Shown here one piece after another: positions 12,457 to 22,259 of a stretch of 64,000 nt of DNA; the stretch's first letter is position 1, and each line of letters opens with the position of its first letter. The position numbers and the translations under genes were made by a program. Source of the stretch: Microcoleus sp. (lineage in GTDB: Bacteria; Cyanobacteriota; Cyanobacteriia; Cyanobacteriales; Microcoleaceae); assembly GCA_042408215.1 (NCBI GenBank), contig JAYFMW010000017.1, forward strand, positions 672,001-736,000, given 5' to 3'. The notes under the pieces were generated by a model, which saw only the letters and a list, made by a program, of their open reading frames with translations, made no database searches and was not told where the DNA came from.

Positions 12457-13404
12457 AGAAACCGGGTTTCTTGGAAAATTCACGCCTCCCCAGGAGATTT
12501 TCCGCAGAAACCCGGTTTCTGAGGCCCCCGCGCCTAGTCCAAGAAACCGGGTTTCTTGGAAAATTCACGCCTCCCCAGGAGATTTTCCGCAGAAACCCGG
12601 TTTCTGAGGCCCCCGCGCCTAGTCCAAGAAACCGGGTTTCTGCGATAATCTTGGCATCACCACCGAGATTTAGGAAGAAACCCGGTTTCTGAGGCCCCCG
12701 CGCTTAGTCCAAGAAACCGGGTTTCTCTGAAAATTCACGCCTCCCCAGGAGATTTTCCGCAGAAACCCGGTTTCTGAGGCCCCCGCGCCTAGTCCAAGAA
12801 ACCGGGTTTCTCTGAAAATTCACGCCTCCCCAAGAGATTTTCCGCAGAAACCCGGTTTCTGAGGCCCCCGCGCCTAGTCCAAGAAACCGGGTTTCTGCGA
12901 TAATCTTGGCATCACCACCGAGATTTAGGAAGAAACCCGGTTTCTGAGGCCCCCGCGCCTAGTCCAAGAAACCGGGTTTCTCTGAAAATTCACGCCTCCC
13001 CAGGAGATTTTCCGCAGAAACCCGGTTTCTGAGGCCCCCGCGCCTAGTCCAAGAAACCGGGTTTCTGCGATAATCTTGGCATCACCACCGAGATTTAGGA
13101 AGAAACCCGGTTTCTGAGGCCCCCGCGCCTAGTCCAAGAAACCGGGTTTCTCTGGAAAATTCACGCCTCCCCAGGAGATTTTCCGCAGAAACCCGGTTTC
13201 TGAGCCCCACGCGCTAATCCAAGAAACCGGGTTTCTCTGAAAATTCACGCCTCCCCAGGAGATTTTCCGCAGAAACCCGGTTTCTGAGCCCCCGCGCTTA
13301 GTCCAAGAAACCGGGTTTCTGCGATAATCTTGGTGAGGATACCGAAATTTGGGAAGAAACCCGGTTTCTGAGCCCCCGCGCCTAGTCCAAGAAACCGGGT
13401 TTCT
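12457..13404. repeat. Tandem array of REPIN-like units, about 85-nt period (11 full units plus a half unit)
   Basis: AGAAACCGGGTTTCT, ~34 nt, AGAAACCCGGTTTCT, ~21-nt linker, repeated. Confidence 0.95.
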
Positions 13405-13437
13405 GCGATAATTTAAGCACCCCCACCGATATGCCAT

Positions 13438-14004
13438 ATGCCACGTCGTGAAGTTATCTTGCAAGCGGGTAATTACTACCATGTTTATAACCGAGGTAAT
13501 AACCGTCAGCTTATCTTTTTTGAGCGAGAAAACTATATTTATTTTTTACGAAAATTAAGAAACCATCTGATTACGAATGGTGTCGATATTATTGCCTATT
13601 GTTTAATGCCGAACCACTATCATTTATTAGTTTACCTGAAAACGGATCGCTTTTCAAAGCTGATGCAGTCATTTACCCTATCTTATGTTAAGGCTATTCA
13701 TAAACGCTATCACAGAGTTGGTTCACTATTTCAGGGACGATTCGAGGCGATTCATGTAGATAAAGAAGAGTATTTATTGCACCTAACTCGCTATATTCAC
13801 TTAAATCCAGTCTGTGCTAATATAGTTAAAAAAGCAGAAGATTGGGAGTTTTCCAGCTATCAAGAATATATCGATTTGCGCCGAGGGAGTTTACCTAAAA
13901 TAGATGAAGTGCGATCGCAATTTCAGTCAGCAGAGGCTTATCGCTACTTTTTAGAAGACTTAACTAACGATAAATTAATCCACCATCTAACCTTTGAAGA
14001 ATAG
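13438..14004 (+). CDS. REP-associated tyrosine transposase (RAYT, Y1 HUH)
   Basis: YHVYNRGNN, MPNHYHLL (HUH), YIHLNPV, WEFSSY; flanked by palindrome arrays. Confidence 0.9.
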   Translation: MPRREVILQAGNYYHVYNRGNNRQLIFFERENYIYFLRKLRNHLITNGVDIIAYCLMPNHYHLLVYLKTDRFSKLMQSFTLSYVKAIHKRYHRVGSLFQGRFEAIHVDKEEYLLHLTRYIHLNPVCANIVKKAEDWEFSSYQEYIDLRRGSLPKIDEVRSQFQSAEAYRYFLEDLTNDKLIHHLTFEE

Positions 14005-14014
14005 CCAAAATCCA

Positions 14015-14853
14015 AGAAACCGGGTTTCTGCGACAATCTCAACATCCCCACCAAGATTTACGAAGAAACCCGGTTTCTAACTCCCACGCATCGCCCCAAA
14101 ATCCAAGAAACCGGGTTTCTACCAGAATTTACGCATCCCCACCAAGATTTACGAAGAAACCCGGTTTCTAACTCCCCACCCAAAATCCCAAAAATCCAAG
14201 AAACCGGGTTTCTGCGACAATCTCAACATCCTCACCAGATTTACGAAGAAACCCGGTTTCTAACTCCCCACGCGATCGCCCCAAAATCCAAGAAACCGGG
14301 TTTCTACCAGAATTTACGCATCCCCACCAAGATTTACGAAGAAACCCGGTTTCTAACTCCCCACGCGATCGCCCCAAAATCCAAGAAACCGGGTTTCTAC
14401 CAGAATTTACGCATCCCCACCAAGATTTACGAAGAAACCCGGTTTCTAACTCCCAGGCGATCGCCCCAAAATCCAAGAAACCGGGTTTCTACCAGAATTT
14501 ACGCATCCCCACCAAGATTTACGAAGAAACCCGGTTTCTAACTCCCAGGCGATCGCCCCAAAATCCAAGAAACCGGGTTTCTGCGACAATCTCCACATCC
14601 CCACCCAGATTCAGGAAGAAACCCGGTTTCTAACCCCCCACCCAAAATCCCCAAAATCCCAGAAACCGGGTTTCTGCGACAATCTCGGAATCCCCACCCA
14701 GATTTAGGAAAGAAACCCGGTTTCTAACTCCCCACCCAAAATCCCAAAAATCCAAGAAACCGGGTTTCTGCGACAATCTCCGAATCCCCACCAAGATTTA
14801 GGAAAGAAACCCGGTTTCTAACTCCCCACGCGATCGCCCCACGCGATCGCCCC
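14015..14853. repeat. Tandem array of REPIN-like units, about 92-nt period (9 units)
   Basis: Same 15-nt palindrome pair as the left array, with different inner sequences and linkers, some containing GCGATCGC. Confidence 0.95.
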
Positions 14854-14855
14854 AT

Positions 14856-17800
14856 TTACCGGCTCTGCTTGGAAATGAACTTCCCATGAAACGCCACTTT
14901 TCGTAGTTCTTCTGCTCCTAAGACGATCGGTGGACAAACCAGCAATACCAGCCATTGCCAGGGTTCTAAAGGTGCTGTCGAAAAAATGCGGCTCAAAAAT
15001 GCGTTATTGCTAACGATCGCCACTAAGACCCATTCAATAGCAATTCCGAGCCAGATTTGTCGATTAGAAAAGAATCCAAGCGGCAGAATTGACCCACGTT
15101 CCGATCGACAGGCAAAAACATTGCCCGTTTGAGAAGCCACGACTGATGCCAGAGTCATAGTGATGGCTTGAGTATAGATGGCGATCGTGGCGGCATCTGC
15201 TGAACGAGACAGAATGCTTGGCGTTACGGCTTGTAATTCTGCCAAGCCATAACCGTAACTCCACCACACCAGAAAAAATGCTGCCATCGCCAGAGCAGCT
15301 TCCAACAATCCCAAGAAGCCATAGGCGCGTAACAGTAGGGAGCGATCGAGAAGCGGTTGCGATTTTTTCCGGGGGGGCTGCTGCATGGTTCCGACTTCTG
15401 CCCGTTCTGCGCCCAAGGCCAATGCAGGCACTATGTCAGTTCCTAAATCAATAGCAAGAATCTGCATAATCACCAGTGCAGGAGGAATCTTCAACGCCAC
15501 CATGAACAGGAATGGTACTAATTCCGGCAGGTTTGATGCCAGGATGTAGGTCATAAATTTGCGGATGTTTTGGTGCACGGCTCGCCCCTCCTCAATCGCG
15601 ACGACGATCGTCGCAAAGTTGTCGTCGGTGAGGACAATATCGGCCGCCTCTCGTGCCACATCGGTGCCATTCATCCCCATTGCTATGCCAATATGGGCAG
15701 CTCTTAATGCTGGGGCATCATTGACTCCATCCCCCGTCACCGCCACGACTTCTCCGATATTTTTATAGGCTTCCACCAGTCGCAGCTTATGCTCAGGAGA
15801 CATCCGAGCAAACACTAGCCCCGATCGATATTTCAGAATTTGTTGCAATTGTGCATCCGACAGATGCCCCATGCCTTCACCGGTGACTACCCGTACAGAA
15901 TCGGTCACTAATCCAATTTGGCGGGCGATCGCCTCCGCAGTGAGTCCGTAATCCCCTGTTACCATCGTCACCTTAATTCTTGCCTGATGACACTCAGTAA
16001 GAGCCTCTCTTACCTCTGGACGGGGCGGGTCAAACATCGCCACCAGACCAATAAAGCTCAAATTTTGCTCTAAGTCTTGCGATCGCAAATCCAACATTTC
16101 ACTCCCTCCACGACGAGCCGCCACCCCCAAGACTCGAAAACCCTGCTGGGCCAACCCATCGTTAGCCGCAACTATTTCATTCGAGTCAGATTCAGTGAGT
16201 TCTGAGACAGTTCCATTCCGCAAGATAGATGTGCAGAGTCGCAAGACTTCCAGCGGTGCCCCCTTGGTAAAAGCCAAGTTAGGCAGATCGCTATGACCTA
16301 GCGCGGACGATCGCCAGTCCAACACCACCGTCATCATCCGGCGACGAGAATCAAAAGGCACTTCCCGCAATCGAGGAAGCTGTTTTTGCAAAGTTTCCAG
16401 ATTCAGCCCTGCTTTGGCAGCAGCCACCAGCAGAGCCGCTTCCGTTGGGTCACCAATCTCTTGCCAACGGCTAGGCGCGATCAGGTGAATGAGACGTGCG
16501 TTGGAGCAAAGCGCCGCACCCGTTAGCAAGAAATTGACTTTCCAAGATGCCGCAAAATTCTCAGGTATCTGAACCTCACCAGCCGTAGGATCGTACCCAG
16601 CCCCAGTGACTTCAATCAGATGCGGCGCGATCGAAGGATGGGAATTCTGCTGGCCGCGATCAGGTGGTGAGACTGCTCCAGGTTGGCTGGCAGGATTAAG
16701 GCTGTTCTCCCCAGGCTGGCTGGGAAGCCAGAGATAATGCACCGTCATTTCGTTTTTCGTCAACGTTCCGGTTTTGTCGGTGCAGATGACCGTTGTAGCG
16801 CTCAGGGTTTCCACGGCAGAAAGACGACGCACCAGAGCATTACGACGCACCATTCGTCGCACTCCGATCGCCAATGACAGGGTAACAGTCGGCAGTAACC
16901 CCTCTGGCACCAGCGCCACAATGATCCCGATCCCAAAAATAAAGCTCTCTTTTAGGTCCATCCCCACCAGCAGGTATGTCAGCAGAAACACAATAACTCC
17001 CATACCGAGGGCGATCGCCGTGATGATCCGCACAATGTCAGAAACCTGCACTTCCAACGTGCTGGGTTCCCGTTTCACAACGGCGGTGAGATGGGCGACG
17101 TGACCAAACTCGGTTTGCGCTCCCGTCGCATACACCACAGCAACGCCCCTTCCTGACGAAACCGTCGAGCCGGCCAGCACCAAATTAGCGATTTCCGCCA
17201 GATTGACCTGCTCTTGTAAGGGATGTTCGCCCGCTGGTATGGTTTTGCCAGCCCGGATTGATGCAGCTTCGCGCACCCGCACCGGATAAGCGTTACGCGC
17301 CACAGGAAGGGATTCACCAGTCATTACAGAAATATCCAGATACAGGCTTTCGGCAGTGACTAACCGAGCATCAGCAGAGATGCGATCGCCCTCTTCCAAT
17401 TGCATGACATCTCCACGCACCAGTTCCCGTGCCGGAATCTGCTTCAGTTCCCCATTCCGATACACTTTTACTTGCATCGGTAACACGTTCTTTAAGGCCG
17501 CTAATGCTTGCTCTGCTTGAAATTCTTGCCAAAAGCTGAATACTGCATTAATCCAGATCACCGCCCAAATCGCCCAGCCTAATTGAGGGGTTCCCGAAAT
17601 GAATGCCAAAATCCCTGCCACCCATAACAGCAGGGCCATGAAGTGCCTTAACTGATCGGTAAACTTGAGCCAGAGAGGGCGATGAGCCGGTTCTGGCAGT
17701 TCATTCGCGCCAAATTTTACCAGTCGCTCGTAAGCTTCGTCTTCAGATAGACCGTTCTCGCTGATTCCAAAGGATTGATAGACATCTTCAGCCGATAGAG

Positions 17801-17870
17801 TCCAAATCGGTCGATGAGGTAAATCCATGTGTTTCACCTGAGAAATAGGTACTGAAGTCTGTCTTGGCAT
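14856..17870 (-). CDS. Cation-transporting P-type ATPase
   Basis: TGES, VPEGL, DKTGTLT, TGDGVNDAPAL. Confidence 0.95.
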   Translation of the reverse strand: MPRQTSVPISQVKHMDLPHRPIWTLSAEDVYQSFGISENGLSEDEAYERLVKFGANELPEPAHRPLWLKFTDQLRHFMALLLWVAGILAFISGTPQLGWAIWAVIWINAVFSFWQEFQAEQALAALKNVLPMQVKVYRNGELKQIPARELVRGDVMQLEEGDRISADARLVTAESLYLDISVMTGESLPVARNAYPVRVREAASIRAGKTIPAGEHPLQEQVNLAEIANLVLAGSTVSSGRGVAVVYATGAQTEFGHVAHLTAVVKREPSTLEVQVSDIVRIITAIALGMGVIVFLLTYLLVGMDLKESFIFGIGIIVALVPEGLLPTVTLSLAIGVRRMVRRNALVRRLSAVETLSATTVICTDKTGTLTKNEMTVHYLWLPSQPGENSLNPASQPGAVSPPDRGQQNSHPSIAPHLIEVTGAGYDPTAGEVQIPENFAASWKVNFLLTGAALCSNARLIHLIAPSRWQEIGDPTEAALLVAAAKAGLNLETLQKQLPRLREVPFDSRRRMMTVVLDWRSSALGHSDLPNLAFTKGAPLEVLRLCTSILRNGTVSELTESDSNEIVAANDGLAQQGFRVLGVAARRGGSEMLDLRSQDLEQNLSFIGLVAMFDPPRPEVREALTECHQARIKVTMVTGDYGLTAEAIARQIGLVTDSVRVVTGEGMGHLSDAQLQQILKYRSGLVFARMSPEHKLRLVEAYKNIGEVVAVTGDGVNDAPALRAAHIGIAMGMNGTDVAREAADIVLTDDNFATIVVAIEEGRAVHQNIRKFMTYILASNLPELVPFLFMVALKIPPALVIMQILAIDLGTDIVPALALGAERAEVGTMQQPPRKKSQPLLDRSLLLRAYGFLGLLEAALAMAAFFLVWWSYGYGLAELQAVTPSILSRSADAATIAIYTQAITMTLASVVASQTGNVFACRSERGSILPLGFFSNRQIWLGIAIEWVLVAIVSNNAFLSRIFSTAPLEPWQWLVLLVCPPIVLGAEELRKVAFHGKFISKQSR

Positions 17871-17955
17871 ATTTTCAGACGAATTTGTGTAAACTTAATT
17901 TTTCTTACAATATCTATCCGCTTGAACTGCCACAGTACAGATGATTTCTCTACCT

Positions 17956-19275
17956 TTAATAGCTGGTAAAAGTATAGGCATTTATGACAGTGCCATGGGA
18001 GGCGTTGAGTCCCTCCCCCTTCGCTTTTACTTCGAGCGGATTGACCCGCCTCGGCTGAACTACACAGCTCCCTATCCCATCGCTAAAAGCATTTGGGATT
18101 GCTTTTCTCAAAATATTATAAGACCCGTTAACATCGGCATTAATCAATTGACCCGACGATGTTCTATACAATCCTCTCTTAATTCGCTGACCACTAAATG
18201 TGACATCGAAGGTTCCAATATACCCGTACACAGGAATTGGATCTAAATTCAGGAAGTTCGATTGGGAAGTGTAGGATGCTTCTTGTTCTACGATCTTTAT
18301 TCCGATCAATTCAGCTTTGTACTTCAACATTTCAATTAGTCGAGCATGAGGAATGTTTACAAAGCTTTGATTAGTTTTCCTTCCTAAATCAAGCTCGTTT
18401 TTCCATTGTGCATTTTTGCCAATTACTAGCGTCCCGATATTTTGTGAGCCGAGAACATTGATGATATACCGACTAGCAGAGTGCAAGTAATTATCGACTT
18501 TTTGATGGCGACAACGGGTTAAACGCTGAATCCGTGATGAAGTTTTGCGACTTCCTTTTAACTGAGATTGTAGTCGTGCCTTACGCTTGTTGTAGAATTG
18601 ATTAATCGATTTCAGTGGTCGCCCGTTAATCAGTAAAGGGACAAATCCCGGCTGATTTGAAGTTAACGCCACTAAATTATTCAGCCCTAAGTCGATACTA
18701 GCTACTAATTCTTTGGGGTTTTCATCAAGCTCAAGGGTGGACTCCGGCTCAGTACAGGCATTGTAAATCACCTCAATTATGTAGGAATCGCATTTTGGCA
18801 CCAATCTAATTTGACAAATTCGCTCTGGTTTGATTTGGGTTTTAATTAAAATATTAGTACCCGACAGCTTGATAATTCCTTTTTTTAGTTCCTTGCTACT
18901 AATCGCCTGAATTGTATAGACGAGAATATTCCGACCCTTGACTTTATCTTTATACTTCGGTAATTTCGGGCGGCCTGTGAATCTCGTGGGTTCATTTTTG
19001 TAAGCTTTGACTGCTTCAAAAAAAGACTTCCAATTCTTGTCTAATATCATTAATATTTGTTGACTTACCTTGGCTGGTAATTCCTTGTATGCTGGATGAG
19101 ATTTCATCAAACGATTCATTTCGTTGTAATTTATATAACCCCATCCATAGACAAAACTCTGACGAATGACGTAGTTAGCGGCATTGTAGAGATTTTTGGA
19201 TTTAAAGGCTAATCCGTCTATTTCAACAAAACGATGTTCTGTGGATTTAATGATGTGTCTCTCTGCTAGTTGCAT
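17956..19275 (-). CDS. tnpB: TnpB-family nuclease (MQLAERHIIK type, no Zn finger)
   Basis: SIDLGLNN (RuvC-I), EQEASYTS, NADVNGS (RuvC-III); no adjacent full transposase. Confidence 0.88.
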   Translation of the reverse strand: MQLAERHIIKSTEHRFVEIDGLAFKSKNLYNAANYVIRQSFVYGWGYINYNEMNRLMKSHPAYKELPAKVSQQILMILDKNWKSFFEAVKAYKNEPTRFTGRPKLPKYKDKVKGRNILVYTIQAISSKELKKGIIKLSGTNILIKTQIKPERICQIRLVPKCDSYIIEVIYNACTEPESTLELDENPKELVASIDLGLNNLVALTSNQPGFVPLLINGRPLKSINQFYNKRKARLQSQLKGSRKTSSRIQRLTRCRHQKVDNYLHSASRYIINVLGSQNIGTLVIGKNAQWKNELDLGRKTNQSFVNIPHARLIEMLKYKAELIGIKIVEQEASYTSQSNFLNLDPIPVYGYIGTFDVTFSGQRIKRGLYRTSSGQLINADVNGSYNILRKAIPNAFSDGIGSCVVQPRRVNPLEVKAKGEGLNASHGTVINAYTFTSY

Positions 19276-19405
19276 TCAGCATCTCCATTTTTTAACGCTC
19301 GCCATAATTCTCGCTTGTCGACCATTCTGACTATATAATACTACCATTGCTTACTACTGCTTACAAACTTAATAAAGTTTTATAATACTGAGCATACTGA
19401 TCGTA

Positions 19406-19663
19406 TAGGACTGACGCACTTTCGACGGTGTTGCCAAGTTTTGAGATTATTCGCAACACTTGCGAATGACAGAATTACATTGAAATGCGTAATACCAATT
19501 TTTTGTGAGGCTGCATAGAATTTGATCCCCCCTAACCCCCCTTAGTAAGGGGGGACAAGAGCGCGTTCAAAGTCAACCCCTACTCACACCCTACTCCCTT
19601 ATTAAGGGGGATTTAGGGGGATCAGAATATGTGCAACGACCCATTAAATTGGTATAAGTCCTA
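19406..19663. mobile_element. Nested MITEs
   Basis: Outer TAGGACTGACGCA...TGCG[TAA]GTCCTA; inner TACCAATT...AATTGGTA at 19493-19654 flanked by a TAA duplication. Confidence 0.7.
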
Positions 19664-19673
19664 TTTACAATAT

Positions 19674-20448
19674 TCACTCAAAATTGACTGGGAAACCATC
19701 CTGAAATACCAGCAATTCTCCCGGCTGAATTTTCGTCCAAACTTCATTATCCGTAAGTGGCAAAGTAGCAATTAAAGCCACGCGATCGCCCAAGTTTGTC
19801 AATTCCCGAAAATCCACAGTCACATCTTCATCGATGGAGTGAGCGCTAGCAAAAGGTGCTTGTCTCACAATATAATGCAGATTAGTAGAACAATGCACAA
19901 ACAAGTGTTCTCCATCGGAAAGTAAATAATTAAAAATTCCTTTTTCTGCCAAATTTTTAGTAATTTCGTCCAGTACCGGGTAAAATTCCCTCAGAGTAGG
20001 CTTGTTTTGAGGAAAGCTTTCTCGCAACTTTTCCAAGATCAAACAAAAGGCTTTTTCGCTGTCAGTTTTGCCTACAGGTTTGTAAAACCCAGCACTTTCA
20101 GGATTGAAATTTTCCAGATTTCCGTTGTGAGCAAACACCCAATAGCGCCCCCAAAGTTCCCGACTGAAAGGATGGCAATTTTCCAAAGCAATTTCGCCTT
20201 GAGTAGCTTGGCGAATATGAGCAATGACGTTAGTTGAGTGAATGGGATATCGGCGCACCAACTCAGCGACTGGAGAAGCTAACGGCTGGTTTGGAGTCTA
20301 GAAAAATGCGGTATCCCAAACCTTCAAAAAAAGCGATTCCCCAACCGTCTTGATGAACGTCCGTTTTGCCGCCCCTTGCAGAGAAACCCTCAAAAGAAAA
20401 GCAAATATCTGTTGGAACATTGCAGTTCATTCCTAGTAATTGGCACAT
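19674..20448 (-). pseudogene. Class II glutamine amidotransferase (YafJ-like), frameshifted near 20281
   Basis: MCQLLGMN...HQDGWGIAF in one frame; AHIRQAT...NCHPF...AHNG...TDSE in another; may be a sequence error. Confidence 0.8.
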
Positions 20449-20675
20449 GACTGTTAATTTTATGAAGTTTGGACTACTCATGCCGCAGCTATTGACAGCT
20501 ACAGACTGGCGATGATACAATTTAGGATTGTCTATAGCTTATCAGATAGCGATCGACATCAAGGAAATCTGATTTGCAGGTCTCAACCAGGAGAATGGAC
20601 GGAATTGGCGATCGTACTTCCTAAGAACATTAGAGCCAGTAAAAACGATCGATGAAATTAACTCTAGTTTAAATA

Positions 20676-21566
20676 TTATCGGGGAAAATCAGAAAGTTGT
20701 TTAATATCCCTCAAAACTATTTGAGGCTTCCCTTTGTACTGTTCTACCTTCCCACTAACATAAACATAGCCACGTCCTAGACCAGCATAACGCTTGTCAA
20801 TCAGCCGCTTCAAAGGTGCCATTTTATCAGTTTCGGCATCCGGTATCCACAAGTCTAATTTATGCTCAAACGAACCCGCATAAATCAGAGCATTACCGCC
20901 GATCCATTTATTAATTCCCGCCTGCAAATCGCAGAAAATAGTAATAGATTTAGCTGTCTCGGAAGCCGCCAAGATTTTGGGATAATCCAAGTTCACAGAA
21001 AACACTTCCGCTGTTGCTTCCGACAAGCGAAATTCTTCGACGATTGAGGCGCGCATCGACCACCAAGGTAACAAATTAGCATAATTGCGAGACGGAATTT
21101 TTGCATTTGTGTTCTGATTCCAAATCACCAGATTGTATGCTTTGGCTACAGCTTCTGCGTCAGTCATTTGGCGGTGATATAATCTCGATCGCCCGTATTT
21201 CACAAAGTAGGGACTCCAGCCCTCTAAAATCAGTTTGAGATTGTAATTTTCCTCGCCTTTATGTACATAACAGAGGAGGCGGTCGTAACGATCGCGGTGT
21301 TTTTCTACAGCCACTTCTATCGGGTCATCTGTATCAAATTCAATATCAACTTTAGCAAGTCCGCCGTCTACTGTCGCAAAGTATTTTTTAGCCATTTCCG
21401 AAGCTTCTTTACCCGCCACAGTTACAGGTTTTGAGCCTCCAGAATAACTTTCTTCCGTATCAACACAAATCAGCCGCAGAGACTCGATTTTGCCGTTGAG
21501 AGAAACTTTAATAGTATCGCCATCAACCACTTGAGTTATTTGGAGGTTCTGAATTCTGGTTGCCAT
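20676..21566 (-). CDS. Thermonuclease (SNase) family protein with C-terminal extension
   Basis: VVDGDTIKV, RLICVDTEE, DRYDRLLCYV. Confidence 0.85.
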   Translation of the reverse strand: MATRIQNLQITQVVDGDTIKVSLNGKIESLRLICVDTEESYSGGSKPVTVAGKEASEMAKKYFATVDGGLAKVDIEFDTDDPIEVAVEKHRDRYDRLLCYVHKGEENYNLKLILEGWSPYFVKYGRSRLYHRQMTDAEAVAKAYNLVIWNQNTNAKIPSRNYANLLPWWSMRASIVEEFRLSEATAEVFSVNLDYPKILAASETAKSITIFCDLQAGINKWIGGNALIYAGSFEHKLDLWIPDAETDKMAPLKRLIDKRYAGLGRGYVYVSGKVEQYKGKPQIVLRDIKQLSDFPR

Positions 21567-21800
21567 ATTTTGAACCCTGTTGAACTTGAGATTTGATGCA
21601 CATATCTGCTCTATTCTACACGAGTTTGCTGTTGAATGCAATTAGTGTTATTTTTGGGATTGATTCTTGTCAGTTGTTACATAACTTATAAAATCGGAAA
21701 ACCAAGCCCGAAAATCTGATTCAAAATTGAGAATCTGTCAAAGAACCTCGAAGCAAATAAACGCAGATATTGATTAAATTTATTACAATGAGAAAGAATA

Positions 21801-22088
21801 ATGGCTGTTCTAGAATGTGTAAAATCGGGTGCTAAATTCGGTCAAATTATTCTGGCCGTCGATTTGACTGTTGCTGGTGCTGTCGATCGCACTTTAGCAA
21901 AAATTCAAGACCTAGGATATCACCCAGAAATCCGTCATATCAACTATCCGTCAGGAGTTCACGTCTTAGCAATTCTCCAAGACTCACAGCATTCTGAAGT
22001 AGTCGAGGATGACTACTTGTTAGAAGATTGGCTGCAAGTAAGGTCGCAAATTAACAGCGAGGCCGTTCATCTGTGGCGAGGTAAATAA
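21801..22088 (+). CDS. Hypothetical protein
   Basis: 95-aa ORF with ATG filling an intergenic gap. Confidence 0.7.
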   Translation: MAVLECVKSGAKFGQIILAVDLTVAGAVDRTLAKIQDLGYHPEIRHINYPSGVHVLAILQDSQHSEVVEDDYLLEDWLQVRSQINSEAVHLWRGK

Positions 22089-22116
22089 GTGAATTAACAA
22101 TGACAATCAGATTCAG

Positions 22117-22241
22117 ATCCCCCTAAATCCCCCTTAAGAAGGGGGACTTTGACACTCATTCTCTCCCCTTAAGAAGGGGGACGCAAGAACGATCTTGTCC
22201 CACCCCCTACTCCCCTTAAGAAGGGGGGCTAGGGGGGATCT
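22117..22241. repeat. CCCCCTTAAGAAGGGGG hairpin repeat cluster between convergent genes
   Basis: Three hairpin copies; same family at about 19526-19622 and 54442-54485. Confidence 0.8.
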
Positions 22242-22259
22242 CCGGGTTAAAAAATACCC

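Noticed and set aside
12471..14476. ORFs 12471-12692, 13129-13482 and 14168-14476
   Set aside because: Read-through of the repeat arrays
12457..14853. Palindrome arrays as a CRISPR array
   Set aside because: Cores recur as a few related types, repeats alternate in orientation, and the embedded gene is a RAYT rather than a cas gene
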